Positions 1 through 9,580 of a stretch of DNA of 64,000 bases are shown piece by piece. The DNA comes from Armatimonadota bacterium (GTDB lineage Bacteria > Armatimonadota > Armatimonadia > Armatimonadales > Armatimonadaceae): the NCBI GenBank assembly GCA_026392155.1, contig JAPLCP010000078.1:59941-123940 (forward strand), read 5' to 3'. The notes under the pieces were generated by a model. It had not been told where the DNA came from. It ran no database searches and saw only the letters and a program-made list of their open reading frames with translations. The translations under genes and the position numbers were made by a program. Positions within the stretch are counted from its first letter, which is position 1; the number at the start of each line of letters is the position of its first letter.

Positions 1-1029
1 AAAGACAACAACTTCTCTGGCGACGATGTGCGCGAGGGCCTGGTGGCGGTGATCTCGGTGCGTATCTCGAACCCACAGTTTGAAGGGCAGACGAAAAACA
101 AGCTCGGTAACCCTGAGATTCAAGGCGTCACCAACTCCATTGTCGGTGAGGGGCTGGCGGAGTTCTTTGAGGAGAACCCCAATATCGCCAAGGCAGTGCT
201 AGAGAAAGCTTCTCTGGCCCAGCGTGCTCGTGACGCGGCTCGAAAAGCGGCGGATCTCATCAAGCGACAGAGCGCCATGGACGGCGGGGGCTGGCCCGGC
301 AAGCTCGCCGACTGCATGGAGAAAGACGCCAGCAAGTGTGAGCTCTATATTGTTGAGGGTGACTCGGCAGGCGGCTCTGCCAAGCAGGGCCGTGACCGAC
401 GGACACAGGCGGTCTTGCCGCTTCGAGGAAAGATCCTCTGTGTTGAGAAAGCCCGTATCGACCGTGCGCTCGACAACGACGGTATCAAGCAGCTCATCAT
501 GGCAATCGGGGCCGGAATCTCCCTCTCCACGTCGGCGGATGAAGAGAAAGACAAAGGCAATAACTTTGATCTGGCGAAGCTGCGCTACCACAAGATCATC
601 ATCATGGCCGACGCGGACGTGGACGGCGATCATATCCGGACACTGCTCCTCAACTTCTTCTACCGCTACATGAAGCCGCTGGTGGAGAGTGGGCATATCT
701 ATGTCGCACAGCCGCCGCTCTACTCAATCCGCGTGGGCAAAGACCAGAAAATCTACGCCCGCACGGAGGCAGACCGGGACCGTATCCTCAAAGAGATCAA
801 AAAGCGCGACACCCATGTCACCCGCTTTAAAGGTCTGGGAGAGATGAACCCCGACGATCTGGCCGACACCACCATGAACCCAGCCAACCGAACCCTGGCA
901 CAGGTCACGGTCGAGGAGGCTGCGGAAGCCGATCAGATGTTCACGGTTTTGCTAGGCGATAAAGTGGAGCCACGGCGTGCCTTTATTGAAAAGTACGCCA
1001 AAGAGGTCAAGGATATTGACTTCGTCTAG
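1..1029 (+). CDS. gyrB: DNA gyrase subunit B, C-terminal part (5' end outside window)
   Basis: TOPRIM motifs YIVEGDSAGGSAKQGRDR, QAVLPLRGKIL, IIMADADVDGDHI; C-terminal RFKGLGEMN; frame is open from base 1. Confidence 0.97.
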   Translation, partial: KDNNFSGDDVREGLVAVISVRISNPQFEGQTKNKLGNPEIQGVTNSIVGEGLAEFFEENPNIAKAVLEKASLAQRARDAARKAADLIKRQSAMDGGGWPGKLADCMEKDASKCELYIVEGDSAGGSAKQGRDRRTQAVLPLRGKILCVEKARIDRALDNDGIKQLIMAIGAGISLSTSADEEKDKGNNFDLAKLRYHKIIIMADADVDGDHIRTLLLNFFYRYMKPLVESGHIYVAQPPLYSIRVGKDQKIYARTEADRDRILKEIKKRDTHVTRFKGLGEMNPDDLADTTMNPANRTLAQVTVEEAAEADQMFTVLLGDKVEPRRAFIEKYAKEVKDIDFV

Positions 1030-1897
1030 CCGACGAAAGCATACTCTACGAGTCGCTGCGTCTCTCGCAGCGGCTCTTTTGCTTGTGGGGTGCCCTCACC
1101 AACCCTCTTCGGAAGTCACTGTGGCTGACGGGGTTGTCTTTCGCCAGGATAGAGTCGCCCTCACGCAGACCCTGACCGTGGATCGCAATCTTGCCACCGT
1201 TCGCCCGATGGTCGTTGCGGAGAACTTAGAGCCCTTGCGAAATAACATCGTCGGGGATGCCCACACGGTGCGGGACTGGGCTAGGAAATACGATGCCGTC
1301 GCCGGGGTCAATGGCGGCTTTTTTGGGGAGAGCTACGACTCACTCGGGCGGCGCAAGCAGCTTGTCCAGCTCTGCATCCTAGAGGGAAAGATCGTCGCCC
1401 CTGGAACGCCCGTTGGGGAGGCACTTCGCTCATCGGTGGGTTTCTCGGAGTCGGGTGAGGCGCAGTTTGCGTGGGCGGCAGGCACGGAGCTGTCGGGAGT
1501 GCGCCGCTACGAGAAGCCTGTCAAGACCAAGAACCCTCTGACCTGGCGTGTGCAGTCGGCGGTGGCGTGCGGCCCTCGGCTGATCCATAAAGAAAAAGTG
1601 GACATCGCAGATCGTGCCGAGAAGCTGGTCAGTGATGTCCGTGTGCCTCGTCTTGCCGTGGCATCGAACGGGCGCTTTCTGGTCTTCTGCCGTGCGGATG
1701 CCATGACCTATGGTGAGCTAGCGCGTTATCTCATGGGCTACTTTAAAAACACACTCCACAGCGCCCCTGAGGAAGCCATGTGCCTTGATGGTGGCCCCTC
1801 CGCGCAGATGACCTACCAAGAAAACGGTGGGCTCCAAGAAGTCGAGCCCACCGGTGTTCAAGTTCCTACCGCGATCTTATTAGTGCCTCGGCGCTAA
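1016..1897 (+). CDS. Phosphodiester glycosidase (NAGPA/DUF2233)-family lipoprotein
   Basis: GVNGGFF and AMCLDGGPSAQM motifs; lipobox-like LAAALLLVGC; start placed at TTG 1016 after AAGGA (ORF track starts at 977). Confidence 0.75.
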   Translation: MTSSSRRKHTLRVAASLAAALLLVGCPHQPSSEVTVADGVVFRQDRVALTQTLTVDRNLATVRPMVVAENLEPLRNNIVGDAHTVRDWARKYDAVAGVNGGFFGESYDSLGRRKQLVQLCILEGKIVAPGTPVGEALRSSVGFSESGEAQFAWAAGTELSGVRRYEKPVKTKNPLTWRVQSAVACGPRLIHKEKVDIADRAEKLVSDVRVPRLAVASNGRFLVFCRADAMTYGELARYLMGYFKNTLHSAPEEAMCLDGGPSAQMTYQENGGLQEVEPTGVQVPTAILLVPRR

Positions 1898-2682
1898 CCG
1901 CCGCCGGGCATCATGGGCATCGCAGGAGCCGTGTAGGGCACCTGCTTATAGCCAGCGGGCGGTGCAAAGAGGCTAGCGGGAAGAGGCGCTTCGGAGAGGG
2001 AGACTGTCTTGATGGACATGTTCAGCTTCTTTCCCATGATCTCTTGGTTCATGGTAGTCAGAAGCGGAATTCCCTTGATGGTTTTGAGCTTCTCGGTCAT
2101 ATCCTTCACGAAGGGCATACTCGCCATCCCACCTGGCATGTTTTGCTTTGCCATGCTGGGAGAGAGCGTGACTCCAGGAAACTCCGCGGTCCATAGCTCG
2201 GTTCGGGTGGTAAAAGAGGGAAGCTGGGGAGCTTCCCCTTTTTCTGCGCCACCTGCGCCTTGCTTCATTCCCAGCTTCATGGTCATGGTCATCACGTACT
2301 GTTTGGCCTGTTTCCCTTGAATCGTCTGGGTCTTGCCCGTCACTTTCACGTCCACACTGGCCTTGATATCCATCATCGCCATCATGGGATTAGCCATTTC
2401 GGCAGCCGCGTTTTTGGGAATAGCCTGGTAGGTTTTCTTTGCCGGGTTGAGCAAGAGAACACGCTCACCATCAAAGATCGTCACCCGGTCTCCCGACTCC
2501 GTGCGCGTTTTATTTCCCTTGTAGAACATCGTCACAGACGGCGGTGTGGGCGGCCCTCCTGCTCCCTGAACCCTCTTGCTGAGGTTCCCCTCCATGATGG
2601 TTTTCTGCACCAGTTTTAGGTCCGCGTGGGCGGCAGTGCTCAGAAGTGTCGCCGCAAAGATCGTGAAAGCCACTCTCTGCAT
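1894..2682 (-). CDS. Secreted DUF4412-like protein
   Basis: Signal peptide ending AHA-D; MFYKGNKTRTE, LNPAKKTY, GIPLLT, C-terminal LPASLFAPPAGYKQV; ATG 2682 sits 1 nt from the upstream paralog stop. Confidence 0.7.
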   Translation of the reverse strand: MQRVAFTIFAATLLSTAAHADLKLVQKTIMEGNLSKRVQGAGGPPTPPSVTMFYKGNKTRTESGDRVTIFDGERVLLLNPAKKTYQAIPKNAAAEMANPMMAMMDIKASVDVKVTGKTQTIQGKQAKQYVMTMTMKLGMKQGAGGAEKGEAPQLPSFTTRTELWTAEFPGVTLSPSMAKQNMPGGMASMPFVKDMTEKLKTIKGIPLLTTMNQEIMGKKLNMSIKTVSLSEAPLPASLFAPPAGYKQVPYTAPAMPMMPGGG

Positions 2683-2683
2683 T

Positions 2684-3586
2684 CTAACCTCCAAACCCAC
2701 CCGGCAACTGTGGAGCCTTGTAGGGAACCTTCTTGAAGCCTGCGGGAGCGACAAAGAGGCTTGCGGGGAGCTCTGCTTCGCTCAGCTCGACAACCTCTGT
2801 CTTATTGCTAATAGGCTTGGAAAGATCCTGTCCTTGTGCTTCGGCAAAAGGACTCTTGATGGTGATCTTCATGTTGGTCAGGAGGGAGAAGCCCTTGATC
2901 TTGGCCATTGTCTCCATCATGCTCTTCATTCCTGGCATGTTGTTCATCATCTTCATCATGCCGCCCATCATGCCGCCTCCGATCCCTGGAATTTGAGGAG
3001 CCGCTGCGGTCGAGGTGGCAGGTAGCTTGATCTCTTCCGTGGTCCACTGCTCGCCTTCCATCGTGATATTGGCAAGCTCCCCTGCCCCCTCGTCGCCGCC
3101 CTTCATTCCCATGCTCATCGTTGCTGTCCAGAGATAGTCGGTCGCTTTTTTGCCTGCGATTTGGCGCTCATGGCCTCCTGGCTTAACATCACTCTTGACC
3201 TTCATCTCCATCATCTCCAAAAACTGTGCGGCAGGGCCACCGCCTTCGTTGAGCGCACCAAGCATCTCCGACAGCTTGACCGTGGAGTAGGTCTTCTTCT
3301 TCGTGTCAATCTGAGTCATGGTTCCCGCATCATTGTCGGTGATCGTGATCATTCCCGATGCATCCTCGACACGGACTTTATTGCCCTTGTAGTAGGTTGT
3401 GGTCTTGGATGGCTCACCAGGCTTGGACGCGGCTGCACCTCCCCCGAGGCCACCGGCCAGCCCCGCCATCGAAGGACCATCCATGGTCATCTTCGAGATC
3501 ACTTTGATGTCTGCACGTGCATTTCCTGCAAGTGCCATTACAACAAGACCCGGAACAAAAACTCTTTGTATTCGCTTAAAAAACAT
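2684..3586 (-). CDS. Secreted DUF4412-like protein (tandem paralog)
   Basis: Signal peptide ending ARA-D; YYKGNKVRVE, IDTKKKTY, LPASLFVAPAGFKKV shared with neighbour. Confidence 0.7.
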   Translation of the reverse strand: MFFKRIQRVFVPGLVVMALAGNARADIKVISKMTMDGPSMAGLAGGLGGGAAASKPGEPSKTTTYYKGNKVRVEDASGMITITDNDAGTMTQIDTKKKTYSTVKLSEMLGALNEGGGPAAQFLEMMEMKVKSDVKPGGHERQIAGKKATDYLWTATMSMGMKGGDEGAGELANITMEGEQWTTEEIKLPATSTAAAPQIPGIGGGMMGGMMKMMNNMPGMKSMMETMAKIKGFSLLTNMKITIKSPFAEAQGQDLSKPISNKTEVVELSEAELPASLFVAPAGFKKVPYKAPQLPGGFGG

Positions 3587-3690
3587 GGTCGAAATTTACC
3601 TCACTTGATTTACCAAAGACACTGATGAGAATACCCTAATCTACCCAGAATTAGTACAGTAAAAACCCGTGTCCTACGTCACACCTACTA

Positions 3691-3720
3691 TTGACAACCC
3701 ACAGCCCTCTGGGTTACACT
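3691..3720 (+). promoter_or_regulatory. sigma70-type promoter of the NlpC/P60 gene
   Basis: TTGACA (3691-3696), 18-nt spacer, TACACT (3715-3720). Confidence 0.7.
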
Positions 3721-3772
3721 CAATTCTGCGATTGTCCAAAAACAGGAACGCTAAGGATTAAGGAACGAAATA

Positions 3773-4492
3773 TTGACGCGCTTTAGAACGAACCGCCTGC
3801 AGACACAACTTACCATCGCCTTTACTTTGTTTGCCCTCACTGCCACCACCTCGGTGGCCACGGCCCAGAACCGTACTCGCTTTGAAGGAGCCAAGCGCTC
3901 CAAGACCACCATGGTCGCCACCAAAGCCACCAAGCCTTCCCCCACCACCAAGCCAGCTCCTGCTGTTAAGGCAACCGATCCCGATGACGAGAGCACGATC
4001 AACCTGACTCTTGAGACGGGCGACGAAGAACTCGACCACACGCTAGCAGCGGGCGAAGATACCATCGGCAAGAGCCGCGCCGCCCTCGAAGCCAATGGCC
4101 CGCGCAGTGGCCGCGTTGGTGTGAATAGTAAGCTGATCTCTCGCGCAATCTCCTACCGTGGTTCCCGCTATGTCTTTGGAGCATCAGGCAACAATGGAGT
4201 TTTCGACTGTTCCAGCTTTGTACAGCACCTGATGCGTGGCGAGGGATTGTCTCTTCCCCGCACGGCTCGCGAGCAGTTTCAGGTTGGAAAGCGGCTCTCG
4301 CGGAGTGAGCTTCAGCCCGGAGATGTGGTCTTCTTTGCCGGAACGTACCGCGCTGGAATCTCCCATGTGGGAATGTTTGTGGGCAACGGGATGTTTGTCC
4401 ATGCCGCCAGTAGCAAGCGTGGCGTTGTGCTGGATCCCCTCGACCTGCCCTACTACGCTAGCAAGTATGCCGGGGCGCGTCGCTACAAGTAG
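3773..4492 (+). CDS. NlpC/P60 (C40) cell-wall peptidase, secreted
   Basis: FDCSSFV (catalytic Cys), GDVVFF, SHVGMF (His), FVHAAS; signal peptide; TTG start after AAGGA. Confidence 0.92.
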   Translation: MTRFRTNRLQTQLTIAFTLFALTATTSVATAQNRTRFEGAKRSKTTMVATKATKPSPTTKPAPAVKATDPDDESTINLTLETGDEELDHTLAAGEDTIGKSRAALEANGPRSGRVGVNSKLISRAISYRGSRYVFGASGNNGVFDCSSFVQHLMRGEGLSLPRTAREQFQVGKRLSRSELQPGDVVFFAGTYRAGISHVGMFVGNGMFVHAASSKRGVVLDPLDLPYYASKYAGARRYK

Positions 4493-4514
4493 GCTCACTC
4501 ACACAACACCTTTG

Positions 4515-4550
4515 AGACGAGGCGCGGTGCGCCTCGTCTTCTTTATTTTT
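4515..4550 (+). terminator. Intrinsic terminator
   Basis: AGACGAGGCGC-GGT-GCGCCTCGTCT 11-bp stem followed by TCTTTATTTTT. Confidence 0.85.
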
Positions 4551-4596
4551 GGAACTCTTAGCCCCGAAATGCCGTAGAATATAGAGGGGATCCATC

Positions 4597-5721
4597 ATGA
4601 AACGCACCGTCGCACTCACTGCCATTGCTCTTTGTCTCGGAGTGACAACTGTCTGGGCACAAAAACCACCCCCCCCACCTGCCGAAGACCCCGAGGTCAA
4701 GATGGGCCGCGAGGCTCATGAGGAGATGCTCAAGAGCGGCCTTAAGCTCGTGAGTGATCCGGCCTTGGTCAAGCGCGTGGAGACCATTGGGCAGAAGCTC
4801 GCGGCACTTGCCAATATCACGCCCATACCCGCCCTCTATGGCACCGAGAATAAGCTCTCCCGCCCACTCAACTACAAGTTCTTTATCGTAGATGACCCCG
4901 ACACCAACGCGTTTGCGCTCCCCGGGGGCTATGTCTATATCAACAAAGGCCTGCTTAAGTACGCACAGTCTGACGATGAGCTTGCAGGTGTGATGGGCCA
5001 CGAGGTCATCCACGCTGCCCACAGTCATGGTGCAAAGCTCCAGCGAGAGCAGAGCAAGCTCAATACTCAGATGGCGATTGCGGCACTGGGTGCCATCCTT
5101 GCCAAAGTCCCGATGCAGGATACCGGTAATCTCCTGACGGGCTTTCAGCTCCTGGCGATTCAGAAAGTCAATGGCTACGGACAGACCGCTGAGCGCGACG
5201 CCGATCAGGGGGGGATTATCCTCGCACAGAAAGCGGGCTACAACCCTGTCGGGATGCTGACATTCATGGAGCGCTTGGCGCGTGATCAGCGCAGCCGCCC
5301 TGATGTTGAGATGGGAATTTTCCGAACCCACCCGCCTGAGAAGATCCGCGCCGAGTCGATGATCACCCAGATCTCCCAGATGGGGCTGCCGATCAACCGG
5401 CGCGCCACGTCGAATATTCTCAAAGTCACCACGCGTCCCGACGGCCCCGCGACTGAAGTTCTCTTGGATGGCAAGGTGTTTCTAAGAACTACCAAACCCG
5501 AGCGTGCAAAAACCGTCGCAGAAACGCTGGATAAAATGCTCAACCAAGATCTTCAGGTCTACGATGTTCGCAAGATGGGGGCGACGATTCAGGTTCGCGG
5601 AGAGAACTTGGTCACCCTGGATACCAGTGATGGGAGTGCAGTGCCAGAAAAGCTCGCCGAGGATGCTTTAAAGATGCTGCGCCTCTCTCTCTATCGCTAT
5701 GTCCTCAATGGAACATTGTAG
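4597..5721 (+). CDS. M48 family metallopeptidase (BepA/YfgC-like), exported
   Basis: NAFALPGGY, HEVIH (HExxH), ERDADQGG, RTHP; signal peptide. Confidence 0.9.
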   Translation: MKRTVALTAIALCLGVTTVWAQKPPPPPAEDPEVKMGREAHEEMLKSGLKLVSDPALVKRVETIGQKLAALANITPIPALYGTENKLSRPLNYKFFIVDDPDTNAFALPGGYVYINKGLLKYAQSDDELAGVMGHEVIHAAHSHGAKLQREQSKLNTQMAIAALGAILAKVPMQDTGNLLTGFQLLAIQKVNGYGQTAERDADQGGIILAQKAGYNPVGMLTFMERLARDQRSRPDVEMGIFRTHPPEKIRAESMITQISQMGLPINRRATSNILKVTTRPDGPATEVLLDGKVFLRTTKPERAKTVAETLDKMLNQDLQVYDVRKMGATIQVRGENLVTLDTSDGSAVPEKLAEDALKMLRLSLYRYVLNGTL

Positions 5722-5727
5722 CCCCGA

Positions 5728-6927
5728 ATGCCCGCTCTCTCTCGTCGTGCGCGCCGCTTGAGCCGTCATGTACGTCAAAATCCCAATGGTATCTACTGGG
5801 CCTGTGTTGTCGGAATCGTTATCTGGGCATTTGTCCGCGCTGCTGGAGTCGACACGCATGCGCCGCCCATTCAGCTCAAGCCCTTCGTGGCCGTCTTAGT
5901 ACTGGCGGCGGCAAACCTTGGGGTGCGTAACTGGGCCTCGGCACGGCGGGATCAGGCGGGAATCGCCTCCCGTGCCTACTATGGGCTTGGCTGGCTGTTT
6001 GTCAGCCTAGACCTGATCTCGATTGCCTTGGGGTTGCGCTTTTCCGGTGGGCTAGACAGCGCAATCTGGGTGGTCGCCTTCGTGGTTCTCGCAGGAGAGA
6101 CACTGCTAGAGAACCGTATTGAGGCAAGTATCACGCGCTCAGGGGCCTGCCTTGCGCTGTTTCTGGGCACTGTTCCCTCCCCGTCTACGCATCCTGACTG
6201 GGGAGCCTACGTCCTGGAGATGGTTGTGCGAATGGGCCTGCTTTTAGCCGTCAGCTCCGTAGTTCGGCGTCTGCGAGAGCGCTCCGAGCAGGTCTCCATA
6301 GAACTGGCAAACCTAAAGTCGGAGCTCGGGTTGGCAGAGCAGCGCTCCTCGCTCTCTCGTGAGGTTCATGATGGCGTGGGCAACAGCCTCGCCGCCGCTG
6401 TCTTGCGCTTGGAGCTGGCGGCACGCGTGCGGGAGAAAGCCGATCCGCGCGATCCTAGTATCACCGTGCTCAAAGAAGAGGCCCAGCAGCTCCGTGACTC
6501 CATGCAGCAAGTTCGGGACTGGACCTTTTTCAACCGCCCTTGGTCCACTGAGGTCTCGCTGGCAGAGGAAGCAGAGCGCCTCTCTCACCGCACGGGATTG
6601 CCTATCGTCACAAGCGGCGCGGAGCTACTAGCCGGTCTGCCAGAGCCCATACGCCTGACGATTCTTCGGGTTGCTCAGGAAGCGCTGACCAATGCCGCCA
6701 AGCACGCAAAGGGAGCGACACTAGCAACCGTTACCCTGACCCGTGATGGTAAAGTCCTCACGATGACCCTCCACGATAATGGAGAGGGCTTTGACACCTC
6801 AGAATCAGGATCAGGAATCGGGCTTTCGTCCATGCGCGAGCGAGCCGAGGGACTAGGCGGAGAGCTCTTGATCGAGAGTACCCCCTCCTTCGGCACCACG
6901 ATCACCCTCCGGCTCCCGCTGCGCTGA
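5728..6927 (+). CDS. Membrane sensor histidine kinase (HisKA_3/NarX-like)
   Basis: Several TM segments; REVHDGVG H-box; QEALTNAAKHA N-box; DNGEGF, GIGLSSMRER, GTTI ATPase boxes. Confidence 0.9.
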   Translation: MPALSRRARRLSRHVRQNPNGIYWACVVGIVIWAFVRAAGVDTHAPPIQLKPFVAVLVLAAANLGVRNWASARRDQAGIASRAYYGLGWLFVSLDLISIALGLRFSGGLDSAIWVVAFVVLAGETLLENRIEASITRSGACLALFLGTVPSPSTHPDWGAYVLEMVVRMGLLLAVSSVVRRLRERSEQVSIELANLKSELGLAEQRSSLSREVHDGVGNSLAAAVLRLELAARVREKADPRDPSITVLKEEAQQLRDSMQQVRDWTFFNRPWSTEVSLAEEAERLSHRTGLPIVTSGAELLAGLPEPIRLTILRVAQEALTNAAKHAKGATLATVTLTRDGKVLTMTLHDNGEGFDTSESGSGIGLSSMRERAEGLGGELLIESTPSFGTTITLRLPLR

Positions 6928-7759
6928 ACTGCCGCTCAAACGCGGCGATATTCTTGTCTGGGCCGCTCCGTGGGTTCATGATCGCAAACGTGATCTGCGT
7001 AAACCGTCCGGCTAGCTTTGGCTCGGCCAGCGCATCAGCAAAGAGCTGCGCGATCATTTCCGGGTCGCAGCGAAAGACACCGCAGCCCCATGCCCCTAAT
7101 ACTAGTGCCTCGATCTGATGCGCTGCCGCCACCGCCAGCACCATTCGGACGCGCCGAGCCATGACCTCACGAACCCAGCCCAAGCTCTGCGGCGAGTTTT
7201 TCGCCAGGGCACCCACATTGACGGCCGCACAGGTGAGCATGGAAACGATCCATGGCTCTAGCACAGGGCGGTGGTCATCGTCGGCGAACACAGGGACATC
7301 GGGTGAAAAAATGACCCGGTCTGTGTAGAGGCACGAGCGCTGCTCACGGTGGAAGGCATAGAACTCCGGCTGGCTACGAATCGCAAAGTACAAGCCCGAC
7401 GAGCGTGCGAGGCTCTCTTCCTGCGCCCGTGCACCACTAAGAAACCCGCCGCCAGGGTTCTTCGCCGAGGCAAAGTTCAGCAGTGCAACACGTCGGAAGC
7501 GCTGACGAAGTGCCTGCGCGGCCTCCAGTGTCGAGAGGTTCTCTACCGTGATGATCGTCTGACCGCCTGTCGGCTCCAGCGGCTCCCAGAGATTCTCAAA
7601 GTCCTCGGGGAGGTAGAGCTTGCTCCCCGTACACGCCGCGCGTAGCGCTTTCTCAATCGAGACCGTCTTGCCACCGGGGAGCCGGTACCAGCCCCTCTCT
7701 TGAACCTCAAGAGCTTCGGTCGCCGCAAGGGCCAGGCTTTTGGATTTTATATTGTTCAT
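6902..7759 (-). CDS. TIGR02452-family protein (bacterial-type PARG/macrodomain ADP-ribose glycohydrolase)
   Basis: LNFASAKNPGGGFLSGARAQEESLARSS and LVLGAWGCGVF motifs. Confidence 0.85.
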   Translation of the reverse strand: MNNIKSKSLALAATEALEVQERGWYRLPGGKTVSIEKALRAACTGSKLYLPEDFENLWEPLEPTGGQTIITVENLSTLEAAQALRQRFRRVALLNFASAKNPGGGFLSGARAQEESLARSSGLYFAIRSQPEFYAFHREQRSCLYTDRVIFSPDVPVFADDDHRPVLEPWIVSMLTCAAVNVGALAKNSPQSLGWVREVMARRVRMVLAVAAAHQIEALVLGAWGCGVFRCDPEMIAQLFADALAEPKLAGRFTQITFAIMNPRSGPDKNIAAFERQFSAAGAGG

Positions 7760-7861
7760 AACACACCATTATTGCCCAGCCCTCCCGTTTTGCTAAACTC
7801 CCCTAGCCATCATGCGCCCCTAAGATTTTTATGCACAGCGGCTCGCCGTGTATTCTCATCC

Positions 7862-8629
7862 CTAGTTCACATCAATCCGAATTACTTTGGAGAAATCCGC
7901 CACTGCCAGATGCTCTCGTCGAATCAGCCAATTGTGGGTAAACACCCCGCCGCTAAACTCTGACTCCTTGAACAGGCAAACCCAGTCACGATACGTTTGC
8001 CGTCGCCCTTCAGTGGAAAGCTCACGCATAGGTCGCCCGGTATAGATCTCCTCACACAACGGCTCCAACTCTCCCTGGTAGTCATCAGGATGCCCCAGAA
8101 GCTGCGTGTCACCATTTCGCATGTCCTCAATTATATTAAACTCTAGCTTCGCACCTGGATAATCTCCTCCACAAGGGGCACTCCAACACGGCCAGTATTG
8201 AACACTCGTTTCACTATGCCCCGTAAAGTGGCCTTCAGGAAACTCCCGTCGTTTTAGGGATGCGAGTTCGGGGAAGTAGAAAACCCCGCAAGCACCAATC
8301 TGATTCCTTCCCTCCCCATACAGGCTCAAGAAAAACGAAATGAGACCAGATGCAGGTAACTGCTTCTCAACATCGAAACGTGCAGCTTCCTCCAGATTGA
8401 ATTGCGCTACAAATCCCCAAGGTTGATCAGATTGGTCACACGGCCAGGAAAACTCGGGAGGCAGATCCGGTTTTCCGTAGCGCTTGGAGCCACCGGTAGG
8501 AATGGCATCTCCACGAAGTCCATAGTCCAAAAGATCAATGGCAGGCACAATCACTGTATCCAGCTCAGCCAGCAAAGTTTCCATACCTGCGGCAACAATC
8601 GCCTCATGAATCTCAGCACGCGTTTTCAT
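7862..8629 (-). CDS. YwqG/DUF1963-family protein
   Basis: GSKRYGKPDLP, FVAQFNLEE, LPASGLISFF, QLLGHPDDYQG, IRREHLAVADFS. Confidence 0.8.
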   Translation of the reverse strand: MKTRAEIHEAIVAAGMETLLAELDTVIVPAIDLLDYGLRGDAIPTGGSKRYGKPDLPPEFSWPCDQSDQPWGFVAQFNLEEAARFDVEKQLPASGLISFFLSLYGEGRNQIGACGVFYFPELASLKRREFPEGHFTGHSETSVQYWPCWSAPCGGDYPGAKLEFNIIEDMRNGDTQLLGHPDDYQGELEPLCEEIYTGRPMRELSTEGRRQTYRDWVCLFKESEFSGGVFTHNWLIRREHLAVADFSKVIRIDVN

Positions 8630-8632
8630 CTT

Positions 8633-9487
8633 CTAGTTCACAGCAAACGTAATTGTCTTTGAAAAATCCACCTGGGCGAGATCGTTGCGGCGGATGTGGC
8701 AATTTAACGTGAAGACACCTCCCGCACAGTCGGCGTCTTTGAGTAGACAGAGCCAGTTCTGATAGGAGGCAAGTTCGACCTGGTTCAAGAGGGCACAGTA
8801 GTTCTCCGGGCGGTTTTCAAAACAGTTCTTGACCACACCCAGATAGGCAAGTTCACACTCCGGCTCATGGTCTCCCTGGTAGTCGTCGGCGTGCCCCAAT
8901 AAGTGACTCCCAGACTCCACGCAGTGGTGGAGCGGATCACCTGGTGCCCCCTCACCCCAGTCGTAGAGCACATCAGCCACGGACTCAAATGCTTCCCGAG
9001 CCTCGGTGTTCTTTCCGAGAAACTCTAATTTCCCAGAAGATTGGTAGTTGGGAACCGACCAAGTCGAGCGAAAGTAAAGCAGTTCAGCAATATCCTCCGA
9101 GCCGCGACGCTCCAGCAACAGGCCAGGAGGAAAGTAATACACAGGATCGCCGTCAATATCGCCTAGGCCAAATTCGTCACGAAGGAAAAAGCTCAGCATC
9201 CCGACCTCAGGCAAGAGTTTCTCGGTATCGAAAACGGCTACTTCCGCTAGATTAATCTGACATAAAAATGGACAGGGTTTCCCATCACGCTCTGGCCAGA
9301 CGAATTCGGGGGGGAGATCGGGTGCACCCCATCGCTTCGATTGTCCCACGGCAAGTGTCGCATCGGAGCAATGGTAGGATTTTACAAGGATTGCAGGGCG
9401 AACGAGCGGCTCTAGCTGCGGCCAGAACGATTCTAATCCTGCTTCATCAAACCGCTCCCGGAGCATCTCTTTGGTAACATGCGCCAT
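8633..9487 (-). CDS. YwqG/DUF1963-family protein (tandem paralog)
   Basis: SKRWGAPDLPPEF, FLCQINLAE, LPEVGMLSFF, HLLGHADDYQG, IRRNDLAQVDFS; ATG 9487 lies 5 nt after TAAAAT. Confidence 0.8.
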   Translation of the reverse strand: MAHVTKEMLRERFDEAGLESFWPQLEPLVRPAILVKSYHCSDATLAVGQSKRWGAPDLPPEFVWPERDGKPCPFLCQINLAEVAVFDTEKLLPEVGMLSFFLRDEFGLGDIDGDPVYYFPPGLLLERRGSEDIAELLYFRSTWSVPNYQSSGKLEFLGKNTEAREAFESVADVLYDWGEGAPGDPLHHCVESGSHLLGHADDYQGDHEPECELAYLGVVKNCFENRPENYCALLNQVELASYQNWLCLLKDADCAGGVFTLNCHIRRNDLAQVDFSKTITFAVN

Positions 9488-9580
9488 GCCACATTTTACA
9501 ACAAAAGCCTCTCTTCCCGGCGAGGCACGAGCCATTAGGGGAAGAGAGGTGGCGAGCCCTAGCGAGCCGGAGAGATGGCC

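Noticed and set aside
4558-5331. Long antisense ORFs (this one; also 199-696, 17671-18348, 24481-25254, 58644-59345, 60775-61641)
   Set aside because: They shadow well-supported genes and are expected from GC-rich codon bias; none shows a family motif.
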